A DNA stretch of 64,000 nucleotides from an uncultured delta proteobacterium (GTDB lineage: Bacteria > Desulfobacterota > Binatia > UBA9968), in assembly GCA_963771465.1 (NCBI GenBank), contig CAVYTU010000018.1, positions 96,001-160,000 on the forward strand. The letters run 5' to 3'. Below are positions 9,079 through 18,059 of this stretch, in pieces. A program made the translations under genes and the position numbers. Position 1 is the stretch's first letter; each line of letters opens with the position of its first letter. The notes beneath the pieces were generated by a model. The model made no database searches. It saw nothing but the letters and a program-made list of their open reading frames with translations, and had not been told where the DNA came from.

Positions 9079-9621
9079 CTAAATCAACTTCTTCTCGTGT
9101 CGTTTGGAAGCTAGTCTAGCGCCGCAAAACGCAAGGCCAAGGCAACTGCCAAACTGTACACAAACAATGATCGCTTTTTCCAGAGTAGAGAAAGAATCGG
9201 CCTTCGGAGACATCAAAGGATTGGTAATAAAGAATGACAGCGCAGGAACTATTCCGGCCAGAGCCCACGTTCGAGCGAGCAGACCGCCAAGAAAGCCGAC
9301 GAGGGCAAACATCAAAACGCTAACAGATAAAATGAGTAGAAACCAATAAATGTCAGATAAAAACTGCACGCTAAGGTCAGTGAAGGCTTGTTTATCGACT
9401 TCGGAGAGTTTTCGAAATCCGTGTTCATCAGTAGGGGTTATTCCTCTCGCTTTCAAGAAAGACTCCAGTACTTGGGTGTGTTGTGAGTTGCGCGACCAAG
9501 CGAAACCTCCTATCACCCCTCCTGCGAGGCCCCATATGAGTGGAGTTAGAATGACAGGAGCCACTAGAGCTACTATGTAAACAATTAGTGTGCGCCTAGT
9601 AAACTCGCTTTTAAGGTCCAT
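9079..9621 (-). CDS. Hypothetical multi-pass membrane protein in a low-GC islet
   Basis: 4-5 hydrophobic segments; local GC about 45% in sampled lines versus about 58% in the flanks. Start could be 9621 or 9669. Confidence 0.6.
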   Translation of the reverse strand: MDLKSEFTRRTLIVYIVALVAPVILTPLIWGLAGGVIGGFAWSRNSQHTQVLESFLKARGITPTDEHGFRKLSEVDKQAFTDLSVQFLSDIYWFLLILSVSVLMFALVGFLGGLLARTWALAGIVPALSFFITNPLMSPKADSFSTLEKAIIVCVQFGSCLGLAFCGARLASKRHEKKLI

Positions 9622-9743
9622 GAATCTACGTTGTGCGGTTGCGGATGCAGGCGCGAGACTCTTGCTCACTCTAGTTAATGCACATATCTTGGAGGCCCGC
9701 TCGAATAGTTGTCAAATAATCAAACTGCCTTGCCGGCAACATT

Positions 9744-10034
9744 TTACCGTGTCCGGTTGTACACGTAATCTTCGCGCTCGGTCGTGCCGACGCGTAGCTC
9801 GGCCGGCAGCGGCGCGCGCGTGGCGTTTACTTTGGAATGAACGTCCAACGCGGCTGGGTCGGTCCAGCGTTCGAGAATGACCAAGTTGTCGGAATGAACG
9901 ACGCTTTGAAAAACCTCGAACTGTTCGCAGCCGGGTTCTTTCATGATGTCTTCGCAGCGCGCTTTGTAAAGTTTACCGAGCTCGGTGCCTTTTCCCGGGG
10001 CGGCGGTTATTTTAACGATGAGTCGAACTGCCAT
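9744..10034 (-). CDS. Antibiotic biosynthesis monooxygenase (ABM/YgiN-like) protein
   Basis: ITAAPGKG...EPGCEQFEVFQS...ILERWTD.AALDVH; AAGGAGG RBS. Confidence 0.88.
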   Translation of the reverse strand: MAVRLIVKITAAPGKGTELGKLYKARCEDIMKEPGCEQFEVFQSVVHSDNLVILERWTDPAALDVHSKVNATRAPLPAELRVGTTEREDYVYNRTR

Positions 10035-10148
10035 GATATTCCTCCTTGCAATTGGGGCGATCAATTAACGATGCTGAACTATCGTTCAGTTGTGCGGACG
10101 GTGTCAAGAACTAAGAACTCAGCGAGCGAGGGGAAAAAGAGTTGCGCA

Positions 10149-10592
10149 TCAGCGCATCGACCACCAACCTTTATCAATGGTGCGGGCGCAGTATCGGCGC
10201 GGCGAATCGACGGCGATCTTGTTGCCGCTGAGATAGCCGTTGAGTTCGAAACAGATGCGGTTGCCGGTTAGGCGATAATCTTCGACGCTGTACAGCAGGA
10301 TTTCGTTGGCGCCGAGGCTCAACTCGACTTGCCGTTCTTGCGTTACCGGAATCGATGCTTCCGTTTCGACGATAGTGAGTGTGGTCGAGCACAACTCCGC
10401 GCTATCGGAACGCACCATGGCGCGCCATTGGTCGATCTTGCGCGCCGCGGGCAGGGGATCGGGGAACATCGTCAGCGAGATGACTTCGAGGTTGGGCGCC
10501 TTGCCGCACCTGACCAGATAGGGACTTGGCATGGCGCCGCAGCCGTAAAGTCCGAGAACGATTGAACTGAGATAAGCGATGCGTCTGAACAT
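10149..10592 (-). CDS. Hypothetical lipoprotein
   Basis: MFRRIAYLSSIVLGLYGC lipobox; four further Cys; beta-rich composition. Confidence 0.6.
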   Translation of the reverse strand: MFRRIAYLSSIVLGLYGCGAMPSPYLVRCGKAPNLEVISLTMFPDPLPAARKIDQWRAMVRSDSAELCSTTLTIVETEASIPVTQERQVELSLGANEILLYSVEDYRLTGNRICFELNGYLSGNKIAVDSPRRYCARTIDKGWWSMR

Positions 10593-10630
10593 TAGCTTCA
10601 CTGCGAGATGATCGTTAGTCACGTCATTAC

Positions 10631-11290
10631 TTAATTGGACAAACTTTTTAATATCGGCTCCAACACCTTCCACACGTTGGCGGCGACGATTTCGTGGCCC
10701 TTCGCCGTGGGATGAATGCCGTCCGGTAAATTGAGTGTGCGCACGCCGCCGACGCCTTCGAGGACAAACGGGATCAGTGCGGCTTGGTTTTTCTTGGCGA
10801 GGGCCGGAAAGATCGCGTTGAATTGTTTGGCGTAGTCGGCTCCCATGTTGGGCGGCACCTGCATGCCGGCGAGAACGATTTTTACCGTCGGGTATTTTGC
10901 TTTGGTGCGATCGATGATCGCTTGAAGATTGTTGTGCGTGGTTTCCGCGGGGAGGCCGCGCAGACCGTCATTGCCGCCGAGCTCCAGTATCAGGACATCG
11001 ACGCGATTTTTCAAAAGCCAATTGAGCCGGTTCAAACCGCCGGCGCTGGTGTCGCCGCTCTGGCCGGCGTTGATCGCATTGAATGGCCACCGTTTGGCCT
11101 CGATCTTGGCTTGGATCAGAGCGGGATAGGCCTGCGCCGTTTCCAGGCCGTAACCGGCGGTGATGCTATCGCCAAGAAATAAAATATTCTTCGGCGGCGG
11201 CGCGGCGGCGCCCAACCCTAAAAATAACCCGCCGATGAAGAGAACCGCACGAGTCGTTCGGCCAATGGCATTGAGTTGTGTCGGGGGCAT
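10631..11290 (-). CDS. tesA: Arylesterase / acyl-CoA thioesterase I (SGNH/GDSL)
   Basis: FLGDSITAG, NAGQSGDT, LELGGNDG, DGIHP; divergent from a ybbA/ybbP-like pair. Start uncertain (about 11290-11335). Confidence 0.88.
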   Translation of the reverse strand: MPPTQLNAIGRTTRAVLFIGGLFLGLGAAAPPPKNILFLGDSITAGYGLETAQAYPALIQAKIEAKRWPFNAINAGQSGDTSAGGLNRLNWLLKNRVDVLILELGGNDGLRGLPAETTHNNLQAIIDRTKAKYPTVKIVLAGMQVPPNMGADYAKQFNAIFPALAKKNQAALIPFVLEGVGGVRTLNLPDGIHPTAKGHEIVAANVWKVLEPILKSLSN

Positions 11291-11350
11291 AAAAGTTTTA
11301 ACTTTGGGCACCTTGTTTCGCACGAGCATCATTACCACGTTGCCAACAAC

Positions 11351-12061
11351 ATGAGCGCAAGCACCATCCTCAAGGTAGAGCATTTGAGCAAGGATTTTAA
11401 GAGCGGGGACGACACCGTTCAGGTTTTGACCGATGTCTCGTTCGCCGTGGAGGCTGGCAGCACGTGCGCCATCGTCGGCCCGTCGGGCAGTGGCAAGACC
11501 ACCTTGATCGCCATTTGTGCCGGTCTTGAGCGGCCGAGCGAAGGCGCCGTGCTGTTCGACGACGTGGCGCTCCATAAGGCGAGCGAAGAGCAACTAGCGC
11601 GTATTCGCAATCAATCCATCGGTTTTATCTTTCAAAGTTTTCAACTGCTGCCGTCGTTGACGGCGTTGGAAAACGTCATGGTGCCGGCCGAGATCAACGG
11701 TGAAAAGCTAGTGCGCGGCAGCGCCATCGAGCTCCTCGGCCGCGTCGGTCTCGGCCGCCGGCTGCACCATTTCCCGGCGCAGCTCTCCGGCGGGGAGCAG
11801 CAGCGTGTGGCGATCGCGCGCGCGTTCATGAATTCGCCGAAAGTTCTCTTTGCCGATGAACCCACCGGCAACCTCGACACCGAGACCGCCGAGAGCATCG
11901 TCAAATTGATCTTCAACCTCAACGCCAATAGCGGCACGACCTTGATCCTTGTCACCCATGATCGAGAGTTGACCCAACTAGCGGATCGAACGATCAGTCT
12001 GCGCGGCGGCAGGCTGGTCTCGGACAACCAGCGCGTGCTTGTGACCGCCGGAGGCGATTGA
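11351..12061 (+). CDS. ybbA: ABC transporter ATP-binding protein (YbbA-like)
   Basis: Walker A GPSGSGKT, LSGGEQQR, FADEPTGNLD, H-loop VTHD. Confidence 0.88.
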   Translation: MSASTILKVEHLSKDFKSGDDTVQVLTDVSFAVEAGSTCAIVGPSGSGKTTLIAICAGLERPSEGAVLFDDVALHKASEEQLARIRNQSIGFIFQSFQLLPSLTALENVMVPAEINGEKLVRGSAIELLGRVGLGRRLHHFPAQLSGGEQQRVAIARAFMNSPKVLFADEPTGNLDTETAESIVKLIFNLNANSGTTLILVTHDRELTQLADRTISLRGGRLVSDNQRVLVTAGGD

Positions 12062-12077
12062 CAGGGCAGGCAAACGC

Positions 12078-14615
12078 ATGAGAGGGTTTTTCAAAATATG
12101 GGTGTGGTGCATGGCGCTCCGCGATGGTCGGCGCGGCGCTCGGCCGTTACTGATTTCCATGTCCTGCGTTGTCTTAGCAGTGGCGTCGGTGGTGGTGGCG
12201 TTTTCGTTTCGAGAGAACTTACTGACGAGCATCCAAGCGCAATCGAAAAGCCTGCTCGGCGCCGATCTGGCAATCGATAGCCGCGAGCCGTTTTCCCCGG
12301 AAGATGAGGCGCTGATCCGTTCCCTGGGCGGCGATCAATCACGCCAAATCGGATTCACGTCGATGGTTTACTTTCCCGCCAGCGGCGGCTCCCGCTTGGT
12401 GCAAGTGCGCGCCATCAGCGGCGGCTTTCCTTATTACGGCGCCCTGGAAACCGAGCCGGCTTTTTCCTCGGCGTCGTTCCACGGCGGTGCCAATGCGCTG
12501 GTCGATGAAAACGTCTTGCTGCAATACAACGCCAAGGTTGGCGAAACAATTAAGATCGGCGAATTTGAGTTCTTGATCGCCGGCAAACTGCGCAAGATTC
12601 CCGGTGAAACTTTGGCCTTCTCGCTGATCAGTCCGCGGGTTTATATCCCGATGGATTATCTCGATCGCACCCAACTGGTTCAGAAAGGGAGTTTGGTGCG
12701 CTACCGGGTTTATTTTAAATTGCCCGGTGATACCGACGTCGATCGCTTAGTCGCCAGTCTCAAGGCAAGGCTGCAACAGTTGCAGTTGGAAGCCGATACC
12801 GTCACGCGCCGCGCCGCTTCGATCGCCAACTCGATGGAAAACCTCTCACGCTATCTGAGACTGGCGGTTTTCGTCGCCGTGTTACTCGCCGGGGTCGGTG
12901 TCGCCAGCGTCATGCATGTCTATGCCAAAGAAAAAACCCGCGCGGCGGCGCTGCTTCGCTGTATCGGCGCGGGACCGCGCGAGACCGTCGCGGTTTACCT
13001 CCTACAAGTGATCCTGCTTACGCTGCTAAGCTCCGCGTTTGGCGTGGCGCTGGGTGTCGCGGCTCAGTACGCCTTGCCCCATGCGTTAAAAGATTTCATT
13101 CCAGTGACCACCGTGATGCACATCGCGCCGAACAGTATCGGCGCCGGGCTTGGCATTGGACTCGGCACGGCCGTGCTCTTTGCCCTGATTCCGTTATTGC
13201 CGTTGCGGCGAGTCTCGCCGTTGCTCGCGCTGCGCGCGTCATTCGAGCCGGAGGAGCGGTCGAGGGACCCGTTGGTGCCGCTCATCGTCCTGCTGATCGT
13301 CGCGCTGATCGCGGCATTCGCTATCGCGATCACCGGCTCCTGGCTTCACGGCGCGATTTTTACCGTCGGCGTGCTCGGCGTATTCGCCTTGCTCGGATTG
13401 ATCGCGCGCGGCGGCGCGCTGCTCATGCGCCGGCTGGCGCCGAGCGCGCTGCCATTCGCTTGGCGCCAAGGTTTGGCGAATCTTCATCGTCCTAAAAATC
13501 AGACCCTCGCGGTCACGTTGTCCATCGGCCTCGGCGCTTTCCTCCTGGTGACGTTATACAGCGTACAGAATATTTTGGTCGACCAGGTCACACGGCGCAG
13601 CGGCCAAGGCGATCCGAACATGGTGCTCTTTGACGTGCAAAACGATCAACGTCAGGGAATCGCCAAGCTCTTGCAGTCGTCCAAGATTCCGCTTCATGCC
13701 GAAGTGCCGATCGTCACCATGCGGCTCACCGCGATCAAAGGACGAAGAGTCGAAATTTTGCGCAGCGACACGAAGGAGAGAATTCCCGACTGGGCGCTGC
13801 GGCGTGAGTATCGTTCAACCTATCGTGCCGGCCTCACCGGCACCGAGGAGATCATTAAGGGCGTATGGCAGGGGAAGGTCGGCGAAAACGTCCAGCCGAT
13901 TCCGGTGTCGGTGGAAAAAGGCCTCGCCGAGACACTGAAAGTCGATGTCGGCGATGATTTGCAGTTCGAGATCCAGGGCGTACCGTTGGCGACGCGGATC
14001 GCAAGCCTGCGTGAAGTCGAATGGCAGCGGGTGCAGCCGAATTTTTTTGTCGTCTTTCCAGAGGGAGTGCTGGAGAGCGCGCCGCAGTTCTACGCCATAG
14101 TGGCGCGCGCCGCGTCGACCCAGGCATCGGCGCAACTCCAGCGCGCCGTGGTCGAACAGTTTCCCAACGTATCGGTGATCGACTTAAGTTTGGTGCTCAA
14201 TACGCTCAATCAGATTCTTAGCCGTGTTTCTTACGCCATGCGATTTGTCGCGCTGTTCACGATTCTCACCGGCATAGCCGTCTTGGCGAGCGCTGTGCTC
14301 GGCAGCCGGATGCAACGGCTCAGAGAAAGCATCCTATTGAGAACCCTCGGGGCGCCGCGTTCGTTGGTCTTGATCTCGGTCATCGCCGAGTATCTTTTCC
14401 TCGGCGCTCTCGGCAGTATCGCCGGCGCCGTGCTTGGCGTGGCCGCCAGCTGGGCTTTGAGCTACTACTTTTTTGGCGCCTCGGTCGCGCTCTTCGTGAT
14501 GCCCGCGGTAGTCATCCCGGCGCTAGTCACCGTCGCGACGGTTTTGGCCGGCGTGATGGGCTGCTGGGGACTACTGCGCGCCCCGGCGCTCGAAACATTG
14601 CGGGCGGAAGCGTGA
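12078..14615 (+). CDS. ybbP: FtsX/MacB-like ABC permease (YbbP-like)
   Basis: LLGADL, FPYYG, LFDVQ.DQ, LREVEW...PNFFVVF; duplicated FtsX domains; synteny with tesA-ybbA. Confidence 0.85.
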   Translation: MRGFFKIWVWCMALRDGRRGARPLLISMSCVVLAVASVVVAFSFRENLLTSIQAQSKSLLGADLAIDSREPFSPEDEALIRSLGGDQSRQIGFTSMVYFPASGGSRLVQVRAISGGFPYYGALETEPAFSSASFHGGANALVDENVLLQYNAKVGETIKIGEFEFLIAGKLRKIPGETLAFSLISPRVYIPMDYLDRTQLVQKGSLVRYRVYFKLPGDTDVDRLVASLKARLQQLQLEADTVTRRAASIANSMENLSRYLRLAVFVAVLLAGVGVASVMHVYAKEKTRAAALLRCIGAGPRETVAVYLLQVILLTLLSSAFGVALGVAAQYALPHALKDFIPVTTVMHIAPNSIGAGLGIGLGTAVLFALIPLLPLRRVSPLLALRASFEPEERSRDPLVPLIVLLIVALIAAFAIAITGSWLHGAIFTVGVLGVFALLGLIARGGALLMRRLAPSALPFAWRQGLANLHRPKNQTLAVTLSIGLGAFLLVTLYSVQNILVDQVTRRSGQGDPNMVLFDVQNDQRQGIAKLLQSSKIPLHAEVPIVTMRLTAIKGRRVEILRSDTKERIPDWALRREYRSTYRAGLTGTEEIIKGVWQGKVGENVQPIPVSVEKGLAETLKVDVGDDLQFEIQGVPLATRIASLREVEWQRVQPNFFVVFPEGVLESAPQFYAIVARAASTQASAQLQRAVVEQFPNVSVIDLSLVLNTLNQILSRVSYAMRFVALFTILTGIAVLASAVLGSRMQRLRESILLRTLGAPRSLVLISVIAEYLFLGALGSIAGAVLGVAASWALSYYFFGASVALFVMPAVVIPALVTVATVLAGVMGCWGLLRAPALETLRAEA

Positions 14616-14680
14616 GATGAACTCGTAGCAGGATCGCGGACCCTTCGCTCCGAGTGGACAGGAGAACGGTCAGATCGAAA

Positions 14681-15037
14681 TTATCGTGGGCTCCTGATTT
14701 CCATTTCTAAGCCGTTAGGATCTTGGACGAAGATGGTTGTCAACTTGCCTTCGCTGTCGCGATTCTCGCGCAGGATGTGGGCGCCTTTAACTTTAAATTC
14801 GCTGGCCACTCCATCGATATCGTCGGTGACGTAACCGTAATGGTGTACGCCGACCTCACCGGCTGATTCCATCAATTGGATGGACGGAGCGCCGGCGATG
14901 CGGACGAAACAGAAGCCGTAGCCGGCGCTGCCTTTTCTTATCGGCGTGGCGTGGCCGGCGAAGAATTTTTCGTAGAACTGGATCGACTCGGCAATGTCTT
15001 TGGTATAGATCGCAATGTGTTCCAATTGATAATTCAT
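14681..15037 (-). CDS. VOC (glyoxalase/bleomycin resistance/dioxygenase) family protein
   Basis: LEHIAI...FYEKFF...HHYGY...FVQDPNGLEMEI. Confidence 0.88.
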   Translation of the reverse strand: MNYQLEHIAIYTKDIAESIQFYEKFFAGHATPIRKGSAGYGFCFVRIAGAPSIQLMESAGEVGVHHYGYVTDDIDGVASEFKVKGAHILRENRDSEGKLTTIFVQDPNGLEMEIRSPR

Positions 15038-15076
15038 ATCGGCCTCGCTAATTAATCGTTGATCCGGCATTGCCGC

Positions 15077-16159
15077 CTAGAAGTTGATCACCGCTTTCAC
15101 CACTGAATAACTGGCCATCGCCTCCATCGCTTCGTTGATCTGATCGAGCTGGTAACTTTTGCTGATCATTTCTTCGAAGGGAAACGTTTTTTTGCGCGAA
15201 GCGAGAAAATCGATCGCTTGGAGCCAGTGGCGCGGCTCACCGGAGCGCACGGTGATGAAAAGCATCTCTTGGGGAATCTTCTCAACCGCGATGTTCGCTT
15301 TGCCGCCGGCGCCGATGTTCAAATAACGGCCGCCGTCGCGAAGTAGCGTGAGCCCTTCGGGCACGGCCATGTTATTGGCCACCTGAACCACGATGTCCGC
15401 GCCGCGACCGTCGGTGTAATCTTTTACCCACTGGCGGCGTTGTTTTTCTTCTTTAACTTCTTCGAGATTCAGAACCGCGTCGGCTCCCATTTTCTTGGTG
15501 ACTTCCAGGCGATTAGCCGGCGCGCCGATGACCAGGACTTTCTTGGCACCGTGATCTTTGGCCACTGCGGTGGCGAAGTTGCCGAGCGGGCCGCTGCCTT
15601 GAATGACCACAGTCTCGTGGCTCTTGATCGCGCCGAGACGGTCGAAGCCGTGCATCACGGTTCGGTAAGCGCAGGCCGAGGCGGCCGCCGAGGCGGATGA
15701 GACTTCGTCGGGAACCTTGATGATCAGACATTCTTTGGGCACGTACATGTACTCGGCGCAGCTGCCGAGGAGATAGGGATGCTGGTCGCTGCGGTTATGC
15801 CCCCAGGACGCGCGTCCGCGACAGATGCAAGGCTGGCAGGCGACCGCGCAATAATAACAAGAACCGCAGGCGACGTAGCTCCAGACGACTCGATCGCCGC
15901 GCTTTATCGGATTGCCAAGGATATCGGTGCGCTCGCCGGCGATATCTTCAACCGTGCCGCAGGGTTCGTGGCCGGTGATGATCGGCAGGGTGTCGCTGTC
16001 TCCCAGTGGACCATGCCACCGGTGCACATCGGTGCCGCATAACGTCGACGCGGTGATTTTTATCAGCAACGATCCCGGATCGAGATCGGGGATCTGCACT
16101 TGCTCGATGGTCAATGGTTTGTTGTGTTCGGTAATTACCGCCGCCCGGCAAGTCGTCAT
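15077..16159 (-). CDS. Zinc-binding alcohol dehydrogenase (MDR family)
   Basis: LCGTDVH, GHE, structural Zn CGSCYYC...C, QGSGPLG. Confidence 0.92.
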   Translation of the reverse strand: MTTCRAAVITEHNKPLTIEQVQIPDLDPGSLLIKITASTLCGTDVHRWHGPLGDSDTLPIITGHEPCGTVEDIAGERTDILGNPIKRGDRVVWSYVACGSCYYCAVACQPCICRGRASWGHNRSDQHPYLLGSCAEYMYVPKECLIIKVPDEVSSASAAASACAYRTVMHGFDRLGAIKSHETVVIQGSGPLGNFATAVAKDHGAKKVLVIGAPANRLEVTKKMGADAVLNLEEVKEEKQRRQWVKDYTDGRGADIVVQVANNMAVPEGLTLLRDGGRYLNIGAGGKANIAVEKIPQEMLFITVRSGEPRHWLQAIDFLASRKKTFPFEEMISKSYQLDQINEAMEAMASYSVVKAVINF

Positions 16160-16222
16160 GGTATTACTCCGCAATGGTTTTTTCTTTGTTCACGCCCGCC
16201 GCCTCATGCCTCAAGGCCAAAT

Positions 16223-17308
16223 TCACAGTGGCAGTTTGTAGAACGTCTCGGCGTTGCGCCAAAGCATGCCGGCTTTATCATCCGCTGTGATCTCGCCGCT
16301 TTCCATCAGTTCGCCGAGGTCATGCTTGCAGCTTTCATGGGTGACTTCGTGGGGGAAGTCGGACGAATAGAGAAACGGTTTGTTGCCGACGAATTTGATA
16401 GCGAAGGGCAGGGTCAACTCTTCGGTTTCGATGCCGAGATAAAAGCGGTCGTCGTCGATCAGTTTTTTAATATAGTCGCTCGGCTCGTCGTCCTCACGAA
16501 TGCCAAATTCGCTGGCCGGGATATGTTGGAAGTGGGTTTCATGCGACGCGTGCAGTCTTTCGAGCAACAACAGCAGCCAGGCGACGCCGCCTTCCAAGAA
16601 GGCGATGCGAACTTTGGGGAAGCGGTCGAAGATGCCGTTGTAAAGAATATCGGCGCAGTTGATCGTCAAGCCCCAGGGGTGTCCGAGAGCATGCACCGGC
16701 ACGTACATGTTCATGTGATCCATGCCGAAGCGGTCATGAGCGCCGCCGTGCACGGCGAGACAGCAGCCGAGACGGTTGGCTTCTTCGTAAACCGGCCAAT
16801 ACATTTTCGAGCCGAGCGGATGGGCCAAGCCATTGGACGGCATCATGGCGCCGAGCATGCCAAGCTCGGTAACCGCGCGGCGCAGTTCCTTGGCGGCTTC
16901 CTGCGGGTCCTGCATCGGCAAAATTCCCATGCCCTTGAAGCGCGGGTTGTGCTTCACGTAGGTCTCGCTCAGCCAGTCGTTGTACGCTCTGGACGATGCG
17001 ACGGCATAATCCAAACTGACGATCTTACCATAGGCGAGCGCGACGGTCGGATAGAGCACGGTCCAGTCGATGCCGACATCGTCGAGAAATTCGAGCCAGC
17101 CTTTGGGGCCCACCGGGGCGCGCTGGTCACGCTGCGGCGGGGTTTCAACCGCACGACCTGAATGTAAGTGATCCAACGGCGGGAAGACCATGCCCTTGCG
17201 CGCCGCGATGTCGCGGTAGGGTGATTCCATATGGTCGATGATGCCCTTGTTGTCTTCGATAATATGGCCGTCGCCGTCGATTATTCGTGTGTTGAGATTT
17301 GTGCTCAT
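16223..17308 (-). CDS. Amidohydrolase_2 family protein (ACMSD/decarboxylase-like)
   Basis: IIDGDGHIIE, VLYPT, RAYNDWL, LAVHG, FLEGGVAW, SSDFPH. Confidence 0.9.
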   Translation of the reverse strand: MSTNLNTRIIDGDGHIIEDNKGIIDHMESPYRDIAARKGMVFPPLDHLHSGRAVETPPQRDQRAPVGPKGWLEFLDDVGIDWTVLYPTVALAYGKIVSLDYAVASSRAYNDWLSETYVKHNPRFKGMGILPMQDPQEAAKELRRAVTELGMLGAMMPSNGLAHPLGSKMYWPVYEEANRLGCCLAVHGGAHDRFGMDHMNMYVPVHALGHPWGLTINCADILYNGIFDRFPKVRIAFLEGGVAWLLLLLERLHASHETHFQHIPASEFGIREDDEPSDYIKKLIDDDRFYLGIETEELTLPFAIKFVGNKPFLYSSDFPHEVTHESCKHDLGELMESGEITADDKAGMLWRNAETFYKLPL

Positions 17309-17482
17309 CCCAAATCCTTCCTACTTGAGTTCGAAACTGATTAACCGGTGCCGGCAGAAGCGACTTGCCTCATATAATCCGACTCGGCGGGCGGTATCAA
17401 GTCATCGGGTCCGTTGTATCTCGCCTTCCGTCCCGCTTTGATATAAGAAAGAGATATTCCGATACAGACAGTTGGAGGCGAC

Positions 17483-17731
17483 ATGGCTGAAGAGACGGTA
17501 GAACAAAAACTGGCGCGGTTAGAAGCGGAGAATCGACAGTTAAAAGAGCAAGTGGATCACAAAGGCCAGTTGCGCATGAAGGTCAGTGAAAAGGGCGGGC
17601 TGTCGATTTATGGTCTGGGCCGATTCCCGGTCACGCTCTACAAAGAACAGTGGAGTAGGCTGCTCGACCACGCTGAGGAAATCAAAACATTTCTAAAAGA
17701 CAACGATCAACAATTGAAAGCGAAGCAGTAG
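17483..17731 (+). CDS. Small hypothetical protein: N-terminal coiled coil plus PC4-like domain
   Basis: GGAGG RBS; KLARLEAENRQLK followed by KVSEKGGLSIYGLGRFPVTLYKEQWSRLL. Confidence 0.8.
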   Translation: MAEETVEQKLARLEAENRQLKEQVDHKGQLRMKVSEKGGLSIYGLGRFPVTLYKEQWSRLLDHAEEIKTFLKDNDQQLKAKQ

Positions 17732-17887
17732 CTTGGCTCTGTTCTGGAAACCTGGCACCGATTCGATTTTATTCATCATTGGCGAGTTCGCTGCCGAGCG
17801 TGGCGACGTAATGTTTGCGTGAGTACTCGGTAATTCGCTCGCGGTAAACACGCGGCAGACGGGGTCGGATTCTCCATTTTGATTTAT

Positions 17888-17904
17888 TTGGCAGTTTAAT
17901 CGCT
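17888..17904 (+). promoter_or_regulatory. Possible sigma-54 (-24/-12) promoter for the coiled-coil gene
   Basis: TTGGCAGtttaaTCGCT with GG-N10-GC spacing, flanked by the inverted repeat tgatttat/ataaatca in an AT-rich region. Confidence 0.35.
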
Positions 17905-18059
17905 AATTTGGGATAAATCAGTAGTTTCTAATACTCCGTGATGTTTTGGATTTCGAAATTCCCGCCAGAATTCCTTTGGCAAAATGGGTTCAAAGACGTA
18001 AAATACCTGGGTTCCGGCGCCCCAAGCGCATGGTAATTTCACCCGAGGCCTAAAGCCCA

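Noticed and set aside
9622-9685. attC-like site upstream of the low-GC gene (minus strand ...cgcacaacgtagattc-ATG)
   Set aside because: The core lacks a T of GTTRRRY, there is no complementary RYYYAAC box, and no attC follows the gene.
10631-14615. tesA-ybbA-ybbP as a novel system
   Set aside because: This is a known, widely conserved module.
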